Source: Candidatus Omnitrophota bacterium
GTDB lineage: Bacteria; Omnitrophota; Gorgyraeia; Gygaellales; Profunditerraquicolaceae
Direction of reading: 5' to 3'
DNA: 64,000 nt
Assembly: GCA_016867115.1 (NCBI GenBank)
Contig: VGKG01000001.1
Location: 173,403-237,402, forward strand
In this document: in pieces, positions 48,189 to 57,324 of the stretch
How positions within the stretch are numbered: the stretch's first letter is position 1
Layout: the number at the start of each line of letters is the position of its first letter
The notes under the pieces: generated by a model
Told to the model about the DNA's origin: nothing
Databases searched by the model: none
Seen by the model: the letters and a program-made list of their open reading frames with translations, nothing else
Translations under genes and position numbers: made by a program

Positions 48189-48652
48189 TTTTTATGCATT
48201 AATCTTCTTACTCTGATCTTTGCCTGCTTCAGGAAATCCATCGCCATCCTGTCCGGATAACCGTCTGCGATCACGATCTCATTGATCCCGGCATTGATGA
48301 GCATCTTGGCGCAGATCACGCAGGGCTGACAGGTGGAATAAAGGGTGCTGTCTCTGACACTAATGCCGTAGAGTGAAGCCTGGATCAGGGCATTTTGTTC
48401 AGCATGCAGCGCGCGGCACAATTCATGGCGCTGGCCGGAGGGGATCTTTAGCTTCTCCCTCAGGCAGCCGATATCCAGGCAATGCCCGAGCCCCTTGGGC
48501 GCGCCGTTGTATCCGGTAGCCAGGATCCTTTTATCCTTGACCAGGACTGCGCCGACGCTGCGGCGCAGGCAGGTGGACCTCTTGGCCACAAGCCGGGCCA
48601 TCTCTAAAAAATATTCGTCCCAGCTGGGGCGTTTATGCGTTTTCTTTTTCAC
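48185..48652 (-). CDS. dCMP deaminase family (ComEB-like)
   Basis: [28 protein letters not shown]. Confidence 0.93.
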   Translation of the reverse strand: MKKKTHKRPSWDEYFLEMARLVAKRSTCLRRSVGAVLVKDKRILATGYNGAPKGLGHCLDIGCLREKLKIPSGQRHELCRALHAEQNALIQASLYGISVRDSTLYSTCQPCVICAKMLINAGINEIVIADGYPDRMAMDFLKQAKIRVRRLMHKK

Positions 48653-49899
48653 TCTCTGGATAACTCCGGATATAACGGGAACTTTCTGGTAAGGCCGGAT
48701 ACTTTATTCTTTATTTCGTTCAGCTTTATCAGGTTGTCTCCTGCCTCGATCGCCTCATCGATCAGTGTAGCGATCAGGCGCATCTGGGGCTCTTTCATCC
48801 CGCGGGTGGTGACTGCGGGCGCGCCGATCCTAAGGCCGCTGGTGACCCCCGGGCTCTTCTTATCAAAAGGGATAAGGTTCTTATTCACGGTAATGCCTGC
48901 CTGCTCAAGTATCCTTGAGGCATCTGCTCCGGTGATCCCTTTTTCGGTGAGGTCCACCAGGAAAAGGTGCGTATCCGTGCCGCCGGAAATGATCCGGAAT
49001 TTCCTCTTCGCCAGAGCCGCGGCAAGCTCTTTTGTATTCTTAATGATCTGCCTCTGATAGGACTTGAACTTAGGGGTCATCGCCTCTTTAAAGGCCACGG
49101 CCTTGGCTGCGATCACATGCATCAATGGCCCGCCCTGGATGCCGGGGAATATCTCGGTATCTATCTTCTTGGCAAACTCCTTCCTGCAGAGGACAAACCC
49201 GCCGCGCGGGCCGCGCAGGGTCTTATGGGTAGTAGAAGTGACGAACTCGGCATACGGAACCGGATTCGGGTGCAATCCCGTAGCCACGAGGCCGGCAATG
49301 TGCGCCATATCCACGAATAAATACGCGCCCACCTTGTCGCAGATCTTACGGAAGGCCTTAAAGTCGATCCTCCTCGGATAAGCCGACGCTCCGGCAAGGA
49401 TCATCTTCGGTTTGTGCTTCCTGGCCAGGTGCATGATGTGGTCGTAATCCAGCGTCTCAGTCTTCTTGTCCACGCCGTAACCGATGACCTTGTAATACAT
49501 CCCGGAAAAATTGTGCGGGTGGCCGTGAGAAAGGTGGCCGCCGGCGGCCAGGTCCATGGCCAGGACCGTATCCCCAGGGTTAAGTGCGGCAAAATAGACC
49601 GCCATATTCGCCTGGGTGCCGGAATGCGCCTGGACATTGGCGTGCTCTGCGCCGAAGAGTTTTTTGGCGCGCGCAATCGCCAGCTCTTCCGCCTGGTCCA
49701 CGTATTCGCAACCGCCGTACCAGCGCCGGTGGGGATAACCCTCGGCGTACTTATTGGTCAGGACCGAGCCTTGCGCTTCAAGCACGGCCAGGGAAGTGAA
49801 ATTCTCCGAAGCGATGAGCTCCAGGTTCTCCTCCTGCCGCTTTATTTCACTCTTTATCGCTGCCCAGATCTGGGGATCGGTCTTTTTAAGGTGCTTCAT
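48649..49899 (-). CDS. glyA: Serine hydroxymethyltransferase
   Basis: [30 protein letters not shown]. Confidence 0.97.
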   Translation of the reverse strand: MKHLKKTDPQIWAAIKSEIKRQEENLELIASENFTSLAVLEAQGSVLTNKYAEGYPHRRWYGGCEYVDQAEELAIARAKKLFGAEHANVQAHSGTQANMAVYFAALNPGDTVLAMDLAAGGHLSHGHPHNFSGMYYKVIGYGVDKKTETLDYDHIMHLARKHKPKMILAGASAYPRRIDFKAFRKICDKVGAYLFVDMAHIAGLVATGLHPNPVPYAEFVTSTTHKTLRGPRGGFVLCRKEFAKKIDTEIFPGIQGGPLMHVIAAKAVAFKEAMTPKFKSYQRQIIKNTKELAAALAKRKFRIISGGTDTHLFLVDLTEKGITGADASRILEQAGITVNKNLIPFDKKSPGVTSGLRIGAPAVTTRGMKEPQMRLIATLIDEAIEAGDNLIKLNEIKNKVSGLTRKFPLYPELSRE

Positions 49900-50354
49900 C
49901 TTCTGCTCCGTATCTCTCTTTCAATATTTTTAATCTGGTTCAGGCGCCTCCGGTGCCTGCCGCCCTCAAAGCGCGTATTCAGCCATACTCCGACGATCCG
50001 CTTTGCCAGCGCTGTATTCACAAAGCTTGCGCCCAGGACCAGGACATTACTGTCATTGTGCCGGCGGGATAAACGGGCAGCCTTTATTCCGTAACAGAGC
50101 GCGGCACGCACCCCGGGGAAACGGTTGGCGACGATGGAATTACCGATGCCGCTCTTACAGATGAGGATCCCCTGTCTGTAACGGCCGCTTGAGACTTCTT
50201 TGGCCAGGGCGTAAGCGAAGCGCGGATAGTCGCAGCTCTCTTTGGAGCAGGTCCCGAGGTCCTTTATCCTGTAACCGCTTTTTTCAAGATACGGCCTGAT
50301 CTTCTCCTTCAGGGAAAAACCGCCGTGGTCTGAGGCAATGACGATCTTTTTCAT
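49896..50354 (-). CDS. rpiB: Ribose-5-phosphate isomerase B
   Basis: ASDHGG, DYP, CKSGIG, HNDSNVL, FEGGRH. Confidence 0.93.
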   Translation of the reverse strand: MKKIVIASDHGGFSLKEKIRPYLEKSGYRIKDLGTCSKESCDYPRFAYALAKEVSSGRYRQGILICKSGIGNSIVANRFPGVRAALCYGIKAARLSRRHNDSNVLVLGASFVNTALAKRIVGVWLNTRFEGGRHRRRLNQIKNIEREIRSRR

Positions 50355-51418
50355 ATGCTTTTTACGAGTCGCCCTATCGCTTCTTTGATGATCTCAAAAG
50401 TTTCTGCGTAAAAATCCGCACCCCTTCCGATGGGATCCTCGATATCCAGATTTTCAGTGTCCTCTATTTTAGCAAATTCCTTTAATAAAAACACTCTATT
50501 TTTTGCCTCGGGCACAAGCTCAAGGATCCGCTCTTCGTGGATCTTCTCCATCACCAGGATCAGGTCGGATTTTTTGACCATCCCGGCAGTCGCGCGCTTT
50601 GAGACGTGCCCTGAGACATCGATGCCGTCCTGCGCCAGGAGCTCCCTGGTCGGCTCAGTTGCGCCCAGGCCCCCAAGCATCATGGTTCCGGCAGAAAGGA
50701 CCTCCACATCCTGCCGGTGCGCGTCTTTGAGCTTCTTCTCAAGTAAGGCTTTGGCCATCACCGAACGGCAGGAGTTTCCGGTGCAGATAAAGAGGATGCA
50801 CTTCCTGCCGGCTGCTTTCTCGATCTCTTCTTTCCTGATCGCACCCTCCCTTAAAACACGTAGAGGCGTTAGCGTAAGATCAACTACCGTAGATTCAACG
50901 CCTACTTTGGTATCGCCGGCATCCAGGGCCAGGTCCACCAAGCCCTCAAGGTCCCGGATCGCCTCGGAGAAATTCGCCGGCGCAGGCTTACCCGAAAGAT
51001 TTGCCGAAGGACAGGCCACCGGTATGCCGGCCAGGCCGATCACCTCTAGAGCCACCTCGTTGTCCGGCATGCGTAAGCCCACAGTACCTAAAGCAGTCTT
51101 GGATTTTAAGACCAGGGTCAGCGGCCCGGGCCAGAACCTCTCCAATAATTTATAGGCAGAGACCGGCACCTGTGCCGCAAACTCTTCCACCTTTTCCTTG
51201 TCAGCGATATGCAGGGTAAAAGGTTTTCCTTCTGGCCTCTTCTTTATTTCAGAGAGCCGCTGCATTGCTTTTTCATCCAGGGCATTGGCGGCAATGCCAT
51301 AGACAGTCTCGGTAGGAATGATCGCCAGTCCTCCGGCACGCAGGGTATCTGCGGCGATGCGGATAGAATCTTCGGCAGGATTCAGGGGATCGACTTTGAT
51401 GATCCGGGTCTGGGTCAT
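50351..51418 (-). CDS. TsaC/Sua5 threonylcarbamoyl-AMP synthase::LMW phosphatase fusion
   Basis: PTETVYG, K.RP, WPGPLT, PSANLSG, STVV; then FICTGNSCRS...DIEDP. Confidence 0.9.
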   Translation of the reverse strand: MTQTRIIKVDPLNPAEDSIRIAADTLRAGGLAIIPTETVYGIAANALDEKAMQRLSEIKKRPEGKPFTLHIADKEKVEEFAAQVPVSAYKLLERFWPGPLTLVLKSKTALGTVGLRMPDNEVALEVIGLAGIPVACPSANLSGKPAPANFSEAIRDLEGLVDLALDAGDTKVGVESTVVDLTLTPLRVLREGAIRKEEIEKAAGRKCILFICTGNSCRSVMAKALLEKKLKDAHRQDVEVLSAGTMMLGGLGATEPTRELLAQDGIDVSGHVSKRATAGMVKKSDLILVMEKIHEERILELVPEAKNRVFLLKEFAKIEDTENLDIEDPIGRGADFYAETFEIIKEAIGRLVKSI

Positions 51419-51897
51419 ACTTTAAGCTTGATGCTTTTAATGTGTTTGCGCATCTTAGCCTTGTAAGCAACCATTTTTTTCTGGATAGCTTTATCGCCTG
51501 TCCCTAGTATCTGGAGCGCAAAAAGCGCGGCATTCTTTGCCCCCGCCTTACCGATCGCCATGCAGCCGACGGGGATCCCCGGAGGCATCTGGACAGTGGA
51601 TAAAAGCGAATCCAGCCCCTTTAGATTCTTGGTCTCGATGGGGATGCCGATCACCGGCAGGGCCGTATGCGCAGCCACTACCCCGGCCAGGGCAGCAGAC
51701 ATGCCTGCGGCAGCGATAAAGACCCTGGTCCCTCTTTTGGGCGCTGCCTCGACATAGGCCGCCACTTCTTTGGGCGTCCTGTGGGCAGATAAGACCTTTG
51801 CCTCAAAATCAACCTTGAACTCTTTTAACAGATTGATCGCCTCATTCACTGTCTCAAGGTCTGACTGGCTTCCCATTAAAATGCTGATCTTACTCAT
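51415..51897 (-). CDS. purE: AIR carboxylase/N5-CAIR mutase PurE
   Basis: MGSQSD, SAHRTP, PVIGIP, QMPPGIPV. Confidence 0.95.
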   Translation of the reverse strand: MSKISILMGSQSDLETVNEAINLLKEFKVDFEAKVLSAHRTPKEVAAYVEAAPKRGTRVFIAAAGMSAALAGVVAAHTALPVIGIPIETKNLKGLDSLLSTVQMPPGIPVGCMAIGKAGAKNAALFALQILGTGDKAIQKKMVAYKAKMRKHIKSIKLKV

Positions 51898-51914
51898 AGT
51901 TTTCTCCTTCCCCC

Positions 51915-51942
51915 TAACTACTATCTACTAACTACTACCTAC
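51915..51942. repeat. 7-mer x4 array spanning the purD stop codon
   Basis: taactac tatctac taactac tacctac. Confidence 0.8.
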
Positions 51943-53217
51943 TGCTTTCCTCCCGATATCGCGGCGATAATGCATACCCTCGAAATGTATCTTATCCACT
52001 GCCTTATAGGTCGATTCGATCGCATCCTTGATCGTATTGCCAAGGCCCGTAACGCCTAAAACGCGGCCGCCGTTAGTGACGACCTGCCACTTGTCGTTTA
52101 TCTTCTGCCTCCTGGTCCCGGCATGAAAGACGACCACATCGGGTAATTTCGCCGCTTCCTCAAGCCCGAAGATCTCTTTTCCTTTTTCGTAATCTCCGGG
52201 ATAGCCTTTCGAAGCACAGACTACGCAGACGCAAGGCCGCTCATCCCAATCCAGGGTCCTGACCCGCGAGAGTTTGCCTTCGCTGGCAGCCAACATCACT
52301 TCTACCAGATCCGATTTAAAGCGCGGTAGGATCGCCTGCGTCTCAGGATCGCCGAAACGCACGTTAAACTCTAAAGTCTTTGGCCCTTCTTTAGTGAGCA
52401 TTACTCCGGCATAAAGCGTGCCGCAATATTCTATGCCGTCTTTTGCCAGTCCGTCGATAGTACGATACACTATTCTTTCCAAGATCTCTTTAAAGAGCTC
52501 TCTGGTCACAACCTGCGCCGGAGAATAAGCGCCCATGCCTCCGGTATTCGGGCCTTCGTCATGGTCAAAGATGCGTTTATGGTCTTGGCTAGAAGCGAGG
52601 GCGACCACCTCGCGCGAATCAGTGATCACCAGGATCGAAGCCTCCTGCCCCACCAGGCATTCTTCGATAATTACCTTATTGCCGGAGTCGCCGAATATCC
52701 TTTCTTCCATAAAGGAAACAACTGCCTGTTCTGCCTCGTCAATAGTTTTAGCCACCACCACACCCTTTCCCGCAGCCAGGCCGTCTGCTTTTACCACGCA
52801 GGGTGCGCCGATCTTGGCGATATATTTTTTTGCTTCATGTGCATTATCAAAAATTCCAAAGGCGGCAGTCGGGACCTTGTATTTATCCATCAGCAGTTTG
52901 GCAAAGACCTTGCTCGCCTCAAGCTGGGCCGCGGCTTTTGAAGGGCCGTAGACGCCTAGCTTATAGCGCCTGAACTCATCAACTATCCCGGCAGCCAGCG
53001 GCGCTTCCGGGCCGACCACGGTCAGGTCGATCTTCTCCCTCCGTGCAAAATCAAGCAACTGCCCGGTATCCTCTGCTCTGATGTCCAGGCACTCTGCTTG
53101 ACCGGCAATGCCGCCGTTACCCGGGGCGCAGAAGACCTTATCCGCCAGTTTCGATTGCGCGATCTTCCAGACTAAGGCATGCTCCCTGCCGCCTGAACCG
53201 ATGACTAAGATTCTCAT
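51928..53217 (-). CDS. purD: Phosphoribosylamine-glycine ligase
   Basis: GSGGREHA, KADGLAAGKGV, QDHKR, NTGGMG, RFGDPE. Confidence 0.97.
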   Translation of the reverse strand: MRILVIGSGGREHALVWKIAQSKLADKVFCAPGNGGIAGQAECLDIRAEDTGQLLDFARREKIDLTVVGPEAPLAAGIVDEFRRYKLGVYGPSKAAAQLEASKVFAKLLMDKYKVPTAAFGIFDNAHEAKKYIAKIGAPCVVKADGLAAGKGVVVAKTIDEAEQAVVSFMEERIFGDSGNKVIIEECLVGQEASILVITDSREVVALASSQDHKRIFDHDEGPNTGGMGAYSPAQVVTRELFKEILERIVYRTIDGLAKDGIEYCGTLYAGVMLTKEGPKTLEFNVRFGDPETQAILPRFKSDLVEVMLAASEGKLSRVRTLDWDERPCVCVVCASKGYPGDYEKGKEIFGLEEAAKLPDVVVFHAGTRRQKINDKWQVVTNGGRVLGVTGLGNTIKDAIESTYKAVDKIHFEGMHYRRDIGRKAVGSS

Positions 53218-53265
53218 ACAACGCCCTTTTGGCTATCCAGCATTCAATACTTATCTTGCATAGTA

Positions 53266-53356
53266 GGGACAGTCCCCTTTGAAGCTCAGGGGACACTCTT
53301 CGATTCTATGAAATCTATTCAAAGGGTGTCCCCGCATTGATGGCGGGGACAGTCCC
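53266..53356. repeat. Cluster of GGGACA palindromic repeats (copy 4)
   Basis: gggacagtccc + ggggacactcttcgatt...tcaaagggtgtcccc + ggggacagtccc between purM and purD. Confidence 0.8.
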
Positions 53357-53370
53357 TGCCGCAGTAGTCG

Positions 53371-54390
53371 TTAGACTATCTCAACCTTCTTTTTCCCTTT
53401 TACAACTTCGCCGATGACGCAAGAATCAAGACCAACAGCTTTCAGTTTAGCGATGACCTCGCCGGCGTAACGCGCCTCTACCACTAAAACCATGCCGATA
53501 CCCATATTCAGTGTATGGTACATCTCCTTATCCAGGATGCCGCCCTTATTCTGGATCAGGCGGAATATTTTAGGAACACTCCAGGCATTCTTATTTATCC
53601 GGACATCGACGTTATCAGGGAGGATGCGCGCTATCTTATCGTAAAACGCGCCACCCGTGATATGTGAGATACCTTTTATAGAGTTCTTTAGTTCTTTAGT
53701 TCTAAAGTTCTTTAGTAAAGACAAGATCGGTTTCACATATATTCTTGTGGGTTTAAGCAACTCGCTGCTCATGCGCCTCAATTCTTTTTCAGAGAAGACC
53801 TTGCGCACCAGGGAATATCCGTTTGAATGCAGGCCATTTGATTCGAGGCCGATTAGAACATCTCCGGCAGCAATCCTGGAGCCGTCAATGATCTCCTTGC
53901 GCTCAGCAACCCCTACGCAGAAACCCGCCACGTCATATTCGCCTTCTCTGTACATCCCGGGCATCTGGGCAGTCTCTCCGCCGATAAGAGAACATCCGGA
54001 CTCAATGCAGCCGTTATTTATTCCTCTGACTATTGCCTCAAGCGTCTCATCTTTAAGCCTGCTGTAGGCGATGTAATCCAGAAAAAAAAGCGGTTCAGCC
54101 CCGGTGCAAAGGATGTCATTGACATTCATCGCCACGGCGTCAATACCGATAGTATCGTGCTTATTTACAAGGCAGGCGATCTTTAATTTCGTGCCTACCC
54201 CGTCTGCTGATGAGACCAGGACCGGATCCCGGTATTTATTCTTATCCAGACTAAAGAAGCTGCCGAATCCGCCGATATCTTTAAGCACCTCCGGACGGAA
54301 AGAGCGCCGGACCAGGTTTTTTATCCTTTTTTTAAAGATATCAGCTTTTCTGATATCCACTCCCGCTTTCTGATAAGACATTCTTGCCAT
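53371..54390 (-). CDS. purM: AIR synthetase
   Basis: AGVD, DGVGTK, GGETA, HSNGYSL, HITGG, NMGIG. Confidence 0.97.
   Translation of the reverse strand: MARMSYQKAGVDIRKADIFKKRIKNLVRRSFRPEVLKDIGGFGSFFSLDKNKYRDPVLVSSADGVGTKLKIACLVNKHDTIGIDAVAMNVNDILCTGAEPLFFLDYIAYSRLKDETLEAIVRGINNGCIESGCSLIGGETAQMPGMYREGEYDVAGFCVGVAERKEIIDGSRIAAGDVLIGLESNGLHSNGYSLVRKVFSEKELRRMSSELLKPTRIYVKPILSLLKNFRTKELKNSIKGISHITGGAFYDKIARILPDNVDVRINKNAWSVPKIFRLIQNKGGILDKEMYHTLNMGIGMVLVVEARYAGEVIAKLKAVGLDSCVIGEVVKGKKKVEIV
53682..53713 (-). repeat. In-frame 8-mer x4 array in purM
   Basis: + strand agttcttt agttcttt agttctaa agttcttt; encodes part of LKNFRTKELKNS. Confidence 0.8.
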
Positions 54391-54458
54391 ACTCTTCCTT
54401 TCCTGGTAAATCTAGAAGCCCTTCTCAACCTGCTTGCGGCTCATCGCAAAGACAGAGG

Positions 54459-55853
54459 TTAAGGGTGTTTTCCTGTCCAGCAATATAAACAGAGCTTCTC
54501 CTTAGGCAGGCCTATTGCCGAGACCATATCGTCTAATTTCTGGAATTTTATGGAAGAGGCTCCGATATCCTCGGTGATCCAGTCAACCATCTTTTTGTGT
54601 TTAGGGGAGTCCTCATCCACATAGCATTTGACGTCCTTGATATCTTTGCCTTCAATATCGCGGATCGCCTTGCGCGCTGCCAGTTCCGCGTTGCTTCGCG
54701 TGGAATAATTGAACTTGCAGGGAAACATGAGTGGCGGGCAGGCGATCCTTAAGTGGATCTCCTTGGCGCCTGCTTCCTCGAGCTTGCGGATGGTATAATT
54801 TTTAAGCTGCGTGCCGCGCACGATAGAATCATCGCAGAAGACTATTGCTTTATCCTTGATAATATCCTGGATGGGGATAAGCTTCATGCGCGCTATGCGG
54901 TCGCGCATCTCCTGTGAAGGAGGGATATAACTCCGGTCAAAGCCGGGAGTGTACTTGACCAGCGGCCGGCGGTAAGGGACCTTTGATTCCATGGCGTAAC
55001 CAATGGCGTGCGTGGTCCCGGAATCCGGGATCCCGCCTACCAGGTCAATCTTCACGTTATCGCCTTTTGCCAGGCAGCGGCCGCACCTTTCCCTGACCAC
55101 CTCCACATTTATCCCCTCATAAGTGGAAGCGGGAAAACCGGTGTAGATCCACAAAAATGCGCAGATCTGATTTACCGAACCGCCCTTGACCTTCTGGCGC
55201 ATCCCCTTTTCGTCGATCAGGATGACCTCTCCCGGAGCGAGGAACTTAGCAATTTTAAAGCCCAGGTTACTGAAGGCCGTGCTTTCAGTGGTAACTGCCC
55301 AGTCCTCATCCCGCTTTCCGATAACCAGCGGCATATAGCCGAACCTGTCCCGTGCGGCATAAATTCCCTCTTTGTTCATCAAAAGCAGCGTACAGGAGCC
55401 GTCGATCTTGGAATAGAGGTATTCGATGCCGTCAATGATGTCCTTTCCCTGAATGATGAGCTTGGCTGCCAGCTCTGTCAGATTCACCTTGCCGTCGCTG
55501 ACCTCGCTGAAGGAGAGCCCCTTTTTGTAAAGTTCATCCGCCAGCTCCATAGAATTGTCAATGTATCCGCAGGTGACGATCGCGAAGGGTCCAAACTTTG
55601 AGTTAACGCAGATCGGCTGTTCGTCGCGCGAGCTGATCACGCCGATCCCTTTATTGCCGGACATGTGTTTATAGTCCTCGTAAAATTTGGATTTGAACTG
55701 CGAACCGCGGATATCATGGATCTTACGCGTCAATTCCTTACCCCAGACCGCCAGCCCACCGAACTGCGTGCCCAGGTGCGAATGATAATCCGTCCCGTAA
55801 AAGAGGTCCTGCCCGCAGTCATTCTTAGTGACAACACCGAATATGCCGCTCAT
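54459..55853 (-). CDS. purF: Amidophosphoribosyltransferase, variant lacking the N-terminal Cys
   Basis: MSGIFG, PDSG, DDSIVRGTQ, ACPP, LCLYCW; inside the pur cluster. Confidence 0.9.
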   Translation of the reverse strand: MSGIFGVVTKNDCGQDLFYGTDYHSHLGTQFGGLAVWGKELTRKIHDIRGSQFKSKFYEDYKHMSGNKGIGVISSRDEQPICVNSKFGPFAIVTCGYIDNSMELADELYKKGLSFSEVSDGKVNLTELAAKLIIQGKDIIDGIEYLYSKIDGSCTLLLMNKEGIYAARDRFGYMPLVIGKRDEDWAVTTESTAFSNLGFKIAKFLAPGEVILIDEKGMRQKVKGGSVNQICAFLWIYTGFPASTYEGINVEVVRERCGRCLAKGDNVKIDLVGGIPDSGTTHAIGYAMESKVPYRRPLVKYTPGFDRSYIPPSQEMRDRIARMKLIPIQDIIKDKAIVFCDDSIVRGTQLKNYTIRKLEEAGAKEIHLRIACPPLMFPCKFNYSTRSNAELAARKAIRDIEGKDIKDVKCYVDEDSPKHKKMVDWITEDIGASSIKFQKLDDMVSAIGLPKEKLCLYCWTGKHP

Positions 55854-55865
55854 ATCTTGCTCCTT

Positions 55866-56669
55866 TTATAGGTATTTTTTAGCATAAGCTACGCCGTTTT
55901 GAAAAATAGCCAAACCTTCTCCTGTCCTTTTTGTCTTTTCTCTGCACCATCGGGGATGTTGCTGTGCTGAAACATGTCTTTCCGGATGAGGCATGAGCCC
56001 CAGGATCCTTCCGGTCTCATCGCAGATCCCCGCAATGTTCGCCATTGAACCGTTGGGGTTGTCAGGATAACCGGTAAGAGCTCCTTTTGCGTCGCAATAT
56101 TGAAAAACGATCTGGCCCTTCTCTTTTAATCCGGCGAGGGTCGTTTTATCTTCGCTGATAAATTTCCCCTCCCCGTGCGCCACCGGCAGATAAATCAACT
56201 CCGGAAATCCTTTGGTCCACACACACCTAACATGCGACGTGGTGACCTGGTGACCTGGTGACTTTAGGTAGACCCAGCGGTCCTCAAATTTCGCCGAGTC
56301 GTTGATGATGAGGCTTGCCGTCTGTTTTAATTCATCGTTGCCGGGCAGGAGGCCGGCTTTGACCAAGATCTGAAATCCGTTACATATACCGATGATCAAC
56401 TTGCCTTCAGCGACAAACTTCTTGATCTCGGAGCCGAGTTTAAACCTCAACTCATTAGCCAGCACCTTGCCAGCGCCCAGGTCATCGCCATAGGTGAAAC
56501 CTCCGGGCAGGGCCAGGATCGTGTAATCCTTAAGGTACTTCTCGGAGCTGATCAGGCGGTTGACATGCACCAACTCCGCAGACCCGCCTGCCGCATCAAA
56601 GGCAAAGGCAGTCTCCTTGTCGCAGTTTGTCCCAGCTGTCCTTAATACGCAAACCTTAACTCTCGCCAT
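55866..56669 (-). CDS. purQ: FGAM synthase glutaminase subunit
   Basis: GTNCD, PGGFTYGD, GICNGFQ, AHGEG, NPNGS, MPHPER. Confidence 0.96.
   Translation of the reverse strand: MARVKVCVLRTAGTNCDKETAFAFDAAGGSAELVHVNRLISSEKYLKDYTILALPGGFTYGDDLGAGKVLANELRFKLGSEIKKFVAEGKLIIGICNGFQILVKAGLLPGNDELKQTASLIINDSAKFEDRWVYLKSPGHQVTTSHVRCVWTKGFPELIYLPVAHGEGKFISEDKTTLAGLKEKGQIVFQYCDAKGALTGYPDNPNGSMANIAGICDETGRILGLMPHPERHVSAQQHPRWCREKTKRTGEGLAIFQNGVAYAKKYL
56231..56262 (-). repeat. In-frame 8-mer x4 array in purQ
   Basis: Coding strand GTCACCAG GTCACCAG GTCACCAC GTCGCATG. Confidence 0.78.
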
Positions 56670-57324
56670 AGAACTTTCTTATCGCAGCCACTACGTCCTT
56701 TGGTTTATCCACCACGCTAAAGATCTTCAGGTCCGCGGGGCTGATGTTACCTTCTCTCAAGACCGTGTGTTTCAGCCATTCGAGCATCCCCTTCCAGTAT
56801 TCTCTTCCTACCAGGACTACGGGGAACTTTTTGATCCTTTCCGTCTGGATCAGATTAACGGCCTCGTAGAACTCATCCAGCGTCCCAAAGCCTCCGGGCA
56901 GGATCACAAAGGCCTTGGCGTATTTGACGAACATGACTTTTCTGACAAAGAAATAGCTGAAGTCAAGCAGGAGGTCCACGTATTTATTCGGCTTCTGCTC
57001 GGAAGGTATCTGGATATTTAAGCCGATGGACTTGCCGCCGGCCCTCTTTGCACCCCTGTTTGCCGCCTCCATGAGTCCGGGCCCGCTTCCGGTGATCACC
57101 GCATAACCTTCCCTGGCGATCTCATAGGCGATATCTTCGCCCAGCTTATAATACCTGCTGCTTGCCGGGGTGCGGCTTGAACCGAAGATAGATACCGCAT
57201 CGCCTACCTCAGAGAGGACCTCAAAACCCTCCACGAACTCAGACATTATCCTGAATACCCGCCAGGTCTCTTCGCGGGTAAAATCTTCCTTGGGATAACG
57301 GTTTTCTCTTTTCTTCTTTACCAT
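56656..57324 (-). CDS. LOG family (TIGR00730-like) nucleotide phosphoribohydrolase
   Basis: WRVFRIMSEF, FGSSR, GSGPGLME, YFFVRK, PGGFGTLDE; likely start at 57324. Confidence 0.9.
   Translation of the reverse strand: MVKKKRENRYPKEDFTREETWRVFRIMSEFVEGFEVLSEVGDAVSIFGSSRTPASSRYYKLGEDIAYEIAREGYAVITGSGPGLMEAANRGAKRAGGKSIGLNIQIPSEQKPNKYVDLLLDFSYFFVRKVMFVKYAKAFVILPGGFGTLDEFYEAVNLIQTERIKKFPVVLVGREYWKGMLEWLKHTVLREGNISPADLKIFSVVDKPKDVVAAIRKFYGES

Noticed and set aside
50351-50810. Arsenate reductase ArsC call from CTGNSCRS
   Set aside because: Lacks the downstream redox cysteine pair, and its context matches ywlE
53266-53356. Possible mini CRISPR array
   Set aside because: Units are unequal palindromes with irregular short gaps, and there are no cas genes; fits a REP-like cluster
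54419-54465. Imperfect hairpin over the purF stop
   Set aside because: Several bulges, no U-tail and no second copy in the window
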